A stretch of 64,000 nt of DNA from a virus. The stretch is from positions 5,194-69,193 of the IMG/VR virus record IMGVR_UViG_3300045119_000457, one strand, 5' to 3'. Below, in pieces: positions 1 to 7,698 of the stretch. Made by a program: the position numbers and the translations under genes. The notes below the pieces were generated by a model that was given only the letters and a program-made list of their open reading frames with translations, was not told where the DNA came from and did not search any database. The first letter of the stretch is position 1; the number at the start of each line of letters is the position of its first letter.

Positions 1-7
1 CCCCATG

Positions 8-202
8 TCAACCCTCTCCTGTAGATAACTTCATCCAGACACGGCTGGCTTCCGGGCAGCGGCCGTCGCCTGTCGCCAGGGAGAGATGCTGCAGGCAGAT
101 AGCGGCGCACTGGGAGGTACCAAGACGACGGCACAGGGCACTGGCCTCTTCGGGTGTCGTGGCCCTGGTGGTCTCCCACCAGGGCTTGTCGTTGATGAAC
201 AT
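8..202 (-). CDS. small hypothetical protein (Cys-containing)
   Basis: The MFINDKPWW... part of ORF 8..310 starts at a TGATG overlap with the stop of the upstream gene. Confidence 0.5.
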   Translation of the reverse strand: MFINDKPWWETTRATTPEEASALCRRLGTSQCAAICLQHLSLATGDGRCPEASRVWMKLSTGEG

Positions 203-1161
203 CAGAAGGCCACCTCGACGAACTTGAGACCAGGGCGGTTCAAGCGGCCCGCACATACGGGGCCGATCCCGGCGTCGACGCTGTCCTGGTTCTCCAGGTG
301 GCGGCCGCACACGCTGCAGCTCGAGGTCAGCTGGGCGTAGGCGATGCCGGCGGCCAGGGGGTCAGCGGCGATCGCGGCGATGCGGGCGATCACCTCGGCG
401 GTGGCGTCACGGCCGGGGCGGAAATTGCCGCCGACGATGCGGCCGTACTTGGCCGTGCCGTAGCCGCCCTCGGAGATCCAGATCAGGGCCAGGTCGTGCT
501 TGTCGACCTGGAAGTGGGCGCCGGTGAAGCGCAACGTGAAGCGCTTCAGGCCGGCCTCCTGGGCCCGCTGGAAGGCATCGACGATCTTGGACACATCCAT
601 CGCCGGGGCGGTGCGGACCGTCTGGGCGGCCGCCGCAGCCGTCTGGGGCGCCTGGACACGCTTGGCGGCGTACTCCGCGTCGCGCAGCTGGCCCTTGGCG
701 ATCACCGCCATCTGCTTGTCGCTGAGCGCCTGGCCGTTCTGCAGGCGGGCCAGGAAGTCGCCCAGCATGGTGGCGTAGCCCTCGGGCAGGCCCTGCTGGC
801 CGAGCTTCTTCTGGAGCCAGGCGATCTGCGGAGCGGCCTCGGTGCGGATGGCGTCCTTCTGCTCCAGGCGACGCTCCTTGGCGCGCTCCAGGGTGGCCGG
901 GGCGGTCTTGCGGCTGAGCTTGCCGGTGCCCTTGCAGGCGTAGCACGGGAAGCTGCGCCAGGTGCCGCGCCAGGTGCCCGAGCCGCCGCACTTCTGGCAG
1001 CTCACCTGGAAGGCCTTGGCGGCCGGCACCAGGCCGATGCCCTGGTCGCGGATGCGGACGAGCTGTTCGTCCTGCGGCAGGGTCTTGGGGGCGGGGGTAT
1101 TGTCGCCGCCCAGGAAGTCCCCGAGGTCGTCACCGTTGTCGAAGGAAAAAGGCTTGTTCAT
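202..1161 (-). CDS. DUF6011-domain protein with N-terminal DnaJ-type zinc finger
   Basis: CQKCGGSG...CYACKGTG repeats; C-terminal CSVCGRHLENQDSVDAGIGPVCA typical of DUF6011; GGAGA RBS before ATG at 1161. Confidence 0.75.
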   Translation of the reverse strand: MNKPFSFDNGDDLGDFLGGDNTPAPKTLPQDEQLVRIRDQGIGLVPAAKAFQVSCQKCGGSGTWRGTWRSFPCYACKGTGKLSRKTAPATLERAKERRLEQKDAIRTEAAPQIAWLQKKLGQQGLPEGYATMLGDFLARLQNGQALSDKQMAVIAKGQLRDAEYAAKRVQAPQTAAAAAQTVRTAPAMDVSKIVDAFQRAQEAGLKRFTLRFTGAHFQVDKHDLALIWISEGGYGTAKYGRIVGGNFRPGRDATAEVIARIAAIAADPLAAGIAYAQLTSSCSVCGRHLENQDSVDAGIGPVCAGRLNRPGLKFVEVAF

Positions 1162-1182
1162 CGATGTCTCCGTGGTTGGTCT

Positions 1183-1215
1183 GATCATAGTGGGCCCACT
1201 ATCACGCATCGTCAA
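1183..1215 (-). promoter_or_regulatory. putative early promoter with 16-bp palindromic operator
   Basis: TTGACG...TATGAT on the minus strand with an atypical 20-nt spacer; perfect palindrome ATAGTGGGCCCACTAT at 1187-1202. Confidence 0.45.
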
Positions 1216-1359
1216 CAGCTATTTTCAGGGGCTTGCCGGGTCGCTGGGGATGGGCCTAGCCTGGGCCTCGTTCCGGCCCTGACACCTCCCCCGTCCGGGG
1301 TCCGGGGTGCAGCGGGGCCACGCCCGCACTCCCAGGGGCTGAAGGCCCCGCTGCTCTCC

Positions 1360-1710
1360 TCAGCGCGCCGCCTTGGCCGGCGGGTCGTAATAGCGCGCAT
1401 CGAGCATGCTCAGCAGGCGGCAGCGCTCGATCGGGTCGGCGCCATCGAGGAGCCTGATCAGGTCGTACAAGACGCCGAGCTCGTCCTGCAGCGTATCGCG
1501 CGGCGGGGTGCGCTCGAAGTTGACCGATTCCAGATTGGCGATCGGTTTGGTTTGCCGGATTTGATGAACCAACGCATCTCGTTCGCTTTCGGCGACGACG
1601 CGGAGACTCGATACCTGGTCGTAGTCATCTGTGAGCATCTTGAGAGAGGCTTTGAGCTTGCGGATCTCGGCCTTGGCAGCGGGCAGTCCTGGCGCGGCTT
1701 TACGTGGCAT
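1360..1710 (-). CDS. hypothetical coiled-coil protein
   Basis: ORF with heptad-like helical segment and AAGGGG RBS. Confidence 0.6.
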   Translation of the reverse strand: MPRKAAPGLPAAKAEIRKLKASLKMLTDDYDQVSSLRVVAESERDALVHQIRQTKPIANLESVNFERTPPRDTLQDELGVLYDLIRLLDGADPIERCRLLSMLDARYYDPPAKAAR

Positions 1711-1832
1711 CGTTCGTATCCCCTTCAACATTTAATACTATTAGTTGCACGCATCGTTATAGCCGCATAGCTTGACAGAGGCTTCGTGGGACCACAAGCT
1801 TTGTTCCGCGGATCAATATCACGGAGGATTTC

Positions 1833-2441
1833 ATGGCCCGTCAAAAGAAGCTCACGCGTGCCCGGCCCATGCACAAGTTTGAATACGAGGTCGACTACCT
1901 GGACGGCCGCGGTGTGCAGACGGTCGAATCGTTTGCCAAGGTCACCCTGGCGAGAAAGCCGGTGACCCTGTTTCTGTCGATCGCCGATATCGACGAATCG
2001 ATCGCCCTCGACGGCATGGGCAACTCGACGCGCTGCGCCGTATCGCAAGCCTGCAAGCGGCAAAAGAGCCACTTTCCGCATCCCTTTGTCGGCATGATGG
2101 ACTGGTTCTATAAGACGACGTTCATCGCCACCAAGATGAAGAACGGCCTGCCAATCGAATGCATGAAGTACGAGCACCGCGACACCATCGCCCGCGATTT
2201 CGATACTGAGGTCGGTATCCGCCGGCTGCGTGAGCGGGCCGAGGCGCATGATGGCAAGATCACCATCAAGCTTCTGCCGTCGCGCAACCGCGTCGGCGAG
2301 ACTGCCAAGGGCGGCAATGTCCCGGCCAGCGGCAAGCGCGTGAAGGTGAGCCCGTTCGGCGGTGGCCTGAAAAAGCACGAGCGGCGCCACGCCGAGATGG
2401 TCGCCGGGCGGGCGCTGTCTTTGAAGGCCAAAGCCGCTTAG
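1833..2441 (+). CDS. hypothetical basic protein
   Basis: 202-aa ORF with GGAGG RBS and upstream TTGACA at 1772. Confidence 0.7.
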   Translation: MARQKKLTRARPMHKFEYEVDYLDGRGVQTVESFAKVTLARKPVTLFLSIADIDESIALDGMGNSTRCAVSQACKRQKSHFPHPFVGMMDWFYKTTFIATKMKNGLPIECMKYEHRDTIARDFDTEVGIRRLRERAEAHDGKITIKLLPSRNRVGETAKGGNVPASGKRVKVSPFGGGLKKHERRHAEMVAGRALSLKAKAA

Positions 2442-2733
2442 AAGTTCAGGATACGTTCGCGCTCCCGGAACCGTGCAAATATCCGGGGAGGTTCTGGGGA
2501 TATGTGGATAAGGCGGTGGATAATCCGGATACCGCCTTACCCCGTTTCAAACGGGTGAGAAGCCCGCAGCCTGGCGAGGATTGACCAGTAGACGCCGTGT
2601 TATGACATGGGGGCGGCGTTTTCAGGCAGGTGCGGCTTGTTGTGCGGAGCGGTCCGGGGCAGCTCCTAAGAAGCCAGGCTCCCCAATTCCTCCTTTGTTC
2701 TAGACGTGGCAGTTTAATGTCCGCCACGGCTTT

Positions 2734-3048
2734 TTATAGCCGTGTCGGCGGCCAATCCTGCGAGGCAAGATCGAAGCCGGTCGCCGGTTCGAATCGTTTT
2801 ACGCCTGTGTCGCCGGCGGTGACGATGTAGCCATAGGGCGTGCTTTCGCGCCAATTGTCGAACAGGCTTTTCTGATCAGGGACGAAGACGAAGTCGTCGA
2901 CGGCGATGCCCCATTGACGTTTGGTCATCGCCTCGCCGTGTCCGTTCAGGTCGTGGATGTGATGGCGGTTGAAGTCGTAGATGTAGGCCTGGATGCGGCT
3001 CATCGTTAGGCCGCACACCGCGCCCCAGGGTGGTAGTTCTTTGCTCAT
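2734..3048 (-). CDS. hypothetical protein
   Basis: ATGA overlap with the helicase stop codon. Confidence 0.6.
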   Translation of the reverse strand: MSKELPPWGAVCGLTMSRIQAYIYDFNRHHIHDLNGHGEAMTKRQWGIAVDDFVFVPDQKSLFDNWRESTPYGYIVTAGDTGVKRFEPATGFDLASQDWPPTRL

Positions 3049-4367
3049 CGCCGTAGTGCTCCCCAAAGATTGTCCTGGGTCCGTGCCTTGGCCACGGCCA
3101 TCTCGGCCACCGCCTGGTCGATCGTGTCGCGCGCCGCCAGTTCATAGCTGAACACATGGTCGTCGACCTGGCCGCGGCGCCGCAGGCGCGCCACGGTCTG
3201 ATCGTAAAGCTCAAGATCATCGGGGAGCTGCCACCAGACGATCGAGTTACCGCCGGACTGCAGGTTGAGGCCATGTCCGGCCGATGCAGGATGCAACGCA
3301 AGCTTGTCGAGCTGGCCGGCGTTCCAGGCGTTGATGGTGAGCTCGTCGTGCTTGCTGCCGCCACCGATCCAGCGCAGCTCGGGCCAGCGCCGCAGCATCG
3401 CCGCGAGCTGCTCGCGGAATTCATACGCGATCAAGATCGGCCGACCGTTCTGCTCGATGATGACGTCTTCCAAAGCATCGAGGCGGTAGGGGTCGAGGGC
3501 GATCGGGGCGCCGGCGTTGTCGTAGATGAAGCCGCTCGCCATCTGCCTCAATTTGCCACGCAGGACACCGGAATTGGCCGCCAGGATTTCGTGATCACTC
3601 AGCGTGAAAGTCTTGCGGAATTCATCATAGGCGGCGCGCAGGGGCTCCGGCATCTCGAGTTCGATCGAGGGTCGCACGATCGGCGGCAGCTCGACGGCGT
3701 TGTCTTCCAGGACGAAGGTCCACGGCTTGATGATCTCCGCGAGCTGGTTGGGCGTCTCGCGAAAGGCCGCCCATTTACGCTGCTCGAAGTCGGTCGGGTA
3801 GAAGTACTGCCGGAGCCAGCGTTCGTAATTCCTCCCGAACATGTCCAGGCCGACCGTCGCCGCCATGCCGTAGAGGCTCGTGAGGCCGTTCGGCGCCGGC
3901 GTGCCGGTCCCGCCCGATTTGATCTTGAAGCCTTTCTTCGTGAGCTGGCGCATCTGTTTCTGGCGCTTGCCGGTGCCGTTGCGCCAACGGCTGAGCTCAT
4001 CGAACACGATAGCGTCGCAGCCATGGCTGCCGTCTGCGATAAGCTTGCACGCCATTTCGACGTTCACCAGGAGGACCTGGCTGCCGCCTTCGACCGCGGC
4101 GCGGTTCTGGTTGCCGGTGCGCTCGCCGGTGACCCGCTCCATGGTGAGCGGGATCGCCCACTTGTCGCGCTCCTGGCGCCAGACGTTCTCGACGACCCGC
4201 AGCGGGGCCACGACCAGGATTCGCTTGGCGGCGCCGGTCTCCAGCCAATCCTGCATCGCCATAAGGTAGCTCAGCGTCTTGCCGGTGCCCATGCGGGCCA
4301 GCATCATCGAATGGTCGCGCTCGAAAACAAATTGAGACGCTTCGATTTGGAACGGCGCTGGTTTCAT
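3045..4367 (-). CDS. SNF2-family (SF2) DNA helicase
   Basis: Walker A ARMGTGKT, VVAPLRV, DELS Walker B, TGTPAPN, SAGHGLNLQ, QTVARLRRRGQ. Confidence 0.92.
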   Translation of the reverse strand: MKPAPFQIEASQFVFERDHSMMLARMGTGKTLSYLMAMQDWLETGAAKRILVVAPLRVVENVWRQERDKWAIPLTMERVTGERTGNQNRAAVEGGSQVLLVNVEMACKLIADGSHGCDAIVFDELSRWRNGTGKRQKQMRQLTKKGFKIKSGGTGTPAPNGLTSLYGMAATVGLDMFGRNYERWLRQYFYPTDFEQRKWAAFRETPNQLAEIIKPWTFVLEDNAVELPPIVRPSIELEMPEPLRAAYDEFRKTFTLSDHEILAANSGVLRGKLRQMASGFIYDNAGAPIALDPYRLDALEDVIIEQNGRPILIAYEFREQLAAMLRRWPELRWIGGGSKHDELTINAWNAGQLDKLALHPASAGHGLNLQSGGNSIVWWQLPDDLELYDQTVARLRRRGQVDDHVFSYELAARDTIDQAVAEMAVAKARTQDNLWGALRR

Positions 4368-4657
4368 TTTCTGAAGGTGCTCAACTTGATGACCTCGGCC
4401 CGCTTGCCGTAGCGCACGCTGAACTTCTCGCGGGCGGTGGCGTGGCGCTGCACGATGTCGTTGCGAATCCATTTCTCCATATCCGCGGCGAGCTTGCGCG
4501 CCCGCTCGACGTCACCAAGGTCGGCGCTGAGCGCGCGGCCCTTGGCGATCTCGAGCTCCTGGCGGCGCGCCCATTGTCGGATCAGGGAGGGCGCCAGCGG
4601 GTCGCTGGCGCGCAGGACGAACGTCGGTTCGACGAGCTCGAGCTTGTCAGTGGTCAT
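4364..4657 (-). CDS. hypothetical phage protein
   Basis: EPTFVLRASDPLAP motif; coupled to neighbours by overlaps. Confidence 0.65.
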   Translation of the reverse strand: MTTDKLELVEPTFVLRASDPLAPSLIRQWARRQELEIAKGRALSADLGDVERARKLAADMEKWIRNDIVQRHATAREKFSVRYGKRAEVIKLSTFRK

Positions 4658-4947
4658 TGGCGGAGCCCTCTCTTGTGGCAAAGGGTGCAGAAATCGGCGT
4701 AAGCACTGATCTCGAAAGCCGGTATGGCGAGGGCCTCCAGGCGGTGCTGCCATAGCGTCTGTGGCGCGCTCTTGCGCCCCCTACCGCCTGGATGCTTGAA
4801 TTCGATGAAGGCGACATAACCGGGTGGTAACAGCAGCAAACGATCGTGGAAGCCGCGCGTTCCAGGGATACGTATTTTGAGCAGATAACCACCCAGGCTC
4901 TGGGCGTGCAGTCGGCACTGGCGCTCGAGGTCGCTCTCTGTTGCCAT
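4654..4947 (-). CDS. VRR-NUC domain nuclease (putative Holliday junction resolvase)
   Basis: ESDLE...GFHDRLLL...FIEFKHPGG..SAPQ PD-(D/E)xK pattern next to an SNF2 helicase. Confidence 0.88.
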   Translation of the reverse strand: MATESDLERQCRLHAQSLGGYLLKIRIPGTRGFHDRLLLLPPGYVAFIEFKHPGGRGRKSAPQTLWQHRLEALAIPAFEISAYADFCTLCHKRGLRQ

Positions 4948-4970
4948 GTCCGAAGCTCTAGTCGAAGCAC

Positions 4971-5015
4971 CATAGCGGGGATTTATTGACACCGCTATGA
5001 CTTGTCAAGTATAGC
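4971..5015. promoter_or_regulatory. overlapping divergent sigma70-type promoters with inverted repeat
   Basis: TTGACA (4986) and inverted TGTCAA (5003); TATAGC and TAAATC -10-like boxes; CATAGCGG/CCGCTATG inverted repeat. Confidence 0.65.
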
Positions 5016-5047
5016 CACCCCCGAACCCAATACCCGAGAGGATCAGT

Positions 5048-5242
5048 ATGGCTTCCAGGATGCCCAAACGCCCCAAAGGCGAGACGGTTCGCGCCCATGT
5101 CCAGATGCCCCCAGAATGGCGTCGGGCGATCGATCGCGCGGCCAAACGACTCCATGTCTCACGCTCGAGTTACATCGCCAATGCGGCGTTTCGCGTCGCC
5201 TCAGGTGAGCTGGTGCCGGCCACCGCCGACAGCAAGAGGTAA
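5048..5242 (+). CDS. ribbon-helix-helix (CopG/Arc-like) transcriptional regulator
   Basis: 64 aa; beta strand VRAHVQM followed by IDRAAKRLHVSRSSYI helices. Confidence 0.8.
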   Translation: MASRMPKRPKGETVRAHVQMPPEWRRAIDRAAKRLHVSRSSYIANAAFRVASGELVPATADSKR

Positions 5243-5247
5243 CGCCC

Positions 5248-6357
5248 ATGCCCGTGACCAGACACAGCGTCTATGGCGGCTCTAACGCCAGCATGTGGCT
5301 CAATTGTCCGGGCGGTGTGGCGCTCCGCACCCAGGTGCCGCGCCACCCGGCCGGCCTGGCCGCTATCCACGGCAGCGCCCAGCACGAGGTCATGGAGCAG
5401 CTTCTGCTCGACCCCGACAAGATGCCGGAGGATTTCTTGGCCTCGACCGTGCTCGGGGTGAAGCTTGAAGGTCATCACATCATGGCGATCAAGCTGGCGC
5501 TCGAGGAGTACCAGAAAATCGAGGAGACTTTTCCCGTCCTCGCCTCGCTGTATTCCGAGCGCGAAGTCGGCATGACCGACGAGGCCTATGGCTCGCTGGA
5601 TGCTGCCCTGGTCGGCGGCAAGCGCGCCGCCATCATCGATTTCAAATTTGGCGGCCAGGAGGTCACGGCCGATTCCGACCAGGGCATGGTCTACGCCTGC
5701 TATGCGCGCAAGAGTATTCCGGAATTCGCCAAGGTTGAGGAGATCGACCTCTATATCATCCAGCCGGCGATGGATCCGCCGACCGACAAGCGTACCGTGT
5801 CGGCCGCCGTGCTCGACGCTTTCGAAACGACGATCGGCACGGCCATCCGCGTTTCCAAGCAGCCCGGCGCGCCCTTCGTCGAGGGCGAATGGTGCCAGTA
5901 CTGCGCCGCCAAGCTGGTTTGCCCGTCCAAGACACAGCGGCTCGACACCCTGGTGGCGCCCAACCACACCATGAACCTCGACGAGATCGCCGATCGCCTG
6001 CTCAAGATCCGGGGGTGGAAGAAATGGGCCGAGGAGGCCGAGGAGCGTCTGCAGCACGAGATCGAGAACGGCGTGAAGGTCAAGGGTTGGAAATTGGTCG
6101 GCAAGCGCGCGATCCGGCAGTGGCGCGACGAGGCCGCGGCGATCGCGTTTTTCAAATCGCGCAAGGTCCCGGCGGCGCAGTACCTGGTAACCAAGCTGCT
6201 GTCGCCGGCGCAAGCCGAGAAGGTGATCCCCAAGACCGAGGTCAACAAGCTCGCCAACCCGGTGAGCTCGGGCAACACCATCGCGCCGGTCGCTGATCCG
6301 CGGCCCGAGGTGGTGTCGCCGCAGATGTTCGCGAATGTGTTGAAAAAAATCGCGTAG
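5248..6357 (+). CDS. DUF2800 / Cas4-like PD-(D/E)XK exonuclease
   Basis: WLNCPG, GSLD, IIDFKFG, IIQP, WCQYCAAKLVCP, GWKLVGKR motifs. Confidence 0.88.
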   Translation: MPVTRHSVYGGSNASMWLNCPGGVALRTQVPRHPAGLAAIHGSAQHEVMEQLLLDPDKMPEDFLASTVLGVKLEGHHIMAIKLALEEYQKIEETFPVLASLYSEREVGMTDEAYGSLDAALVGGKRAAIIDFKFGGQEVTADSDQGMVYACYARKSIPEFAKVEEIDLYIIQPAMDPPTDKRTVSAAVLDAFETTIGTAIRVSKQPGAPFVEGEWCQYCAAKLVCPSKTQRLDTLVAPNHTMNLDEIADRLLKIRGWKKWAEEAEERLQHEIENGVKVKGWKLVGKRAIRQWRDEAAAIAFFKSRKVPAAQYLVTKLLSPAQAEKVIPKTEVNKLANPVSSGNTIAPVADPRPEVVSPQMFANVLKKIA

Positions 6358-6425
6358 CGTGTAGCGTGCGTCGTGCTGCTTAGGCAGCATACAGGTGACA
6401 GGAAATGTAAATTAGGAGTCGAATT

Positions 6426-7238
6426 ATGAATAACGTGGTGAAATTCAAAGGAGCTCAACTGCCGACCCAAGGAATGACCAGTGCATTTCTGCGAGCCAAA
6501 GATGTTGTCGGCGTAACTGGAAACACTGCCTTTCTGCGTCTGACTAAAGGAACTGGCGAGTGGGTTTACGGACAGACCAATACTGAAGTTGAAGAAAACA
6601 GCCTGTGGGCCATTAATCCTGGCTCGTTTTCGACCGGCTATATCGCCTGGAAGGGCGGTAAGCCGGTCGGCAAGCGGATGAAGCCGATCAACGATCCGAA
6701 CCCGGTAACGCTCGATGAATTACCGGCGTGCGGGGCCGAATGGGATGTCAACGTCGCCTTTGAGCTGCAGTGCGTCTATGGCGAGGATGCCACGTTGCCG
6801 GTGGTCGTGGAGTACACGGCCAATAGCTTCGGCGGCAAGAAAGCCTTCTCTGCGCTCATGTCGTCGATGCATCGCCAGTCGATCGAAGACCCCGCGCATA
6901 TCGTGCCCGTTGTGGAGCTTCTGAACGATTCCTATCAGCACCCCGAATGGGGTCAGATCTACAATCCCATTTTCCAGATTCGGAAGTGGGTGGCCTACGA
7001 CAGCGGACAAGCGGCACAGCCCGAGGCGTCGCCGCAAGAACCCGAACCCACAGCGCGCAAGGCGCCGCCGAGCCAGCCGCCGCGCGATGCGGCGGCCAGC
7101 GAAGCAGCGCCGACGCGTAGAAGGGCGGCCGCTCCGGTGACCGACGTAGAGGATGAACCAGTCGAAGCGGCCAAGGCTGCTCCAGAGCAGTCTGAGCCGG
7201 TCACGCGCCGTAGGCGCCGCGCCGCCGCTCCCGCTTAG
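6426..7238 (+). CDS. putative single-stranded DNA-binding protein
   Basis: Position between the Cas4-like nuclease and the polymerase; DSYQHPEWGQIYNPIF motif; disordered acidic/Pro-rich tail. Confidence 0.65.
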   Translation: MNNVVKFKGAQLPTQGMTSAFLRAKDVVGVTGNTAFLRLTKGTGEWVYGQTNTEVEENSLWAINPGSFSTGYIAWKGGKPVGKRMKPINDPNPVTLDELPACGAEWDVNVAFELQCVYGEDATLPVVVEYTANSFGGKKAFSALMSSMHRQSIEDPAHIVPVVELLNDSYQHPEWGQIYNPIFQIRKWVAYDSGQAAQPEASPQEPEPTARKAPPSQPPRDAAASEAAPTRRRAAAPVTDVEDEPVEAAKAAPEQSEPVTRRRRRAAAPA

Positions 7239-7254
7239 GCCGGGGACGACTGAC

Positions 7255-7301
7255 CCGCCGGGGTTTCCCAAAAATATTTGGGAAACCTCGGCGGTTTCTT
7301 T
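7255..7301 (+). terminator. rho-independent terminator
   Basis: 18-bp stem CCGCCGGGGTTTCCCAAA/TTTGGGAAACCTCGGCGG followed by TTTCTTT. Confidence 0.8.
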
Positions 7302-7313
7302 GGGGGCACTACC

Positions 7314-7409
7314 ATGAGCTATCTGCAACTGGCCTTCGTCATCATGGCCGTTGCCGTGCCGATAATGGCCTGGATCATCGTCGCCGTTGGCGACGACCGT
7401 CCGCGATGA
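7314..7409 (+). CDS. 31-aa single-pass membrane peptide
   Basis: MSYLQLAFVIMAVAVPIMAWIIVAVGDDRPR; GGGGG RBS; ATGA overlap with next ORF. Confidence 0.55.
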   Translation: MSYLQLAFVIMAVAVPIMAWIIVAVGDDRPR

Positions 7410-7501
7410 GCCACGCTGAACTGATCATCATCGCCCTGCCGGTTGCCGGCCTGACAATCGTCGTCGTGATGGTCATCCTTGGGATTGTGATCGGCAAATG
7501 A
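7406..7501 (+). CDS. 31-aa single-pass membrane peptide
   Basis: MSHAELIIIALPVAGLTIVVVMVILGIVIGK; ATGA overlaps at both ends. Confidence 0.6.
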   Translation: MSHAELIIIALPVAGLTIVVVMVILGIVIGK

Positions 7502-7698
7502 ATATCGAGTCGGGAGATTTCGTATTGATCGGCGGCAGCGATCTCATGTGGCGGGACTGCCTGTTGCTGGTTGAGGAAGTCCGGTCCTGGGGCGTCATTG
7601 GTGTCGTCATCGCCCCGGAACAGACGCTTTACCCCAGGCGCGTGGCCTTGGATGAAATCCTGGCGGTGTACAAAAAGGTCAGCGATGAAGATCTGTAA
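7498..7698 (+). CDS. hypothetical protein (SH3-like beta fold possible)
   Basis: 66-aa ORF in a coupled chain leading to the polymerase. Confidence 0.65.
   Translation: MNIESGDFVLIGGSDLMWRDCLLLVEEVRSWGVIGVVIAPEQTLYPRRVALDEILAVYKKVSDEDL

Noticed and set aside
5248-6357. Cas4 as evidence of a CRISPR system
   Set aside because: Stand-alone Cas4-like nucleases are routine in phage replication modules
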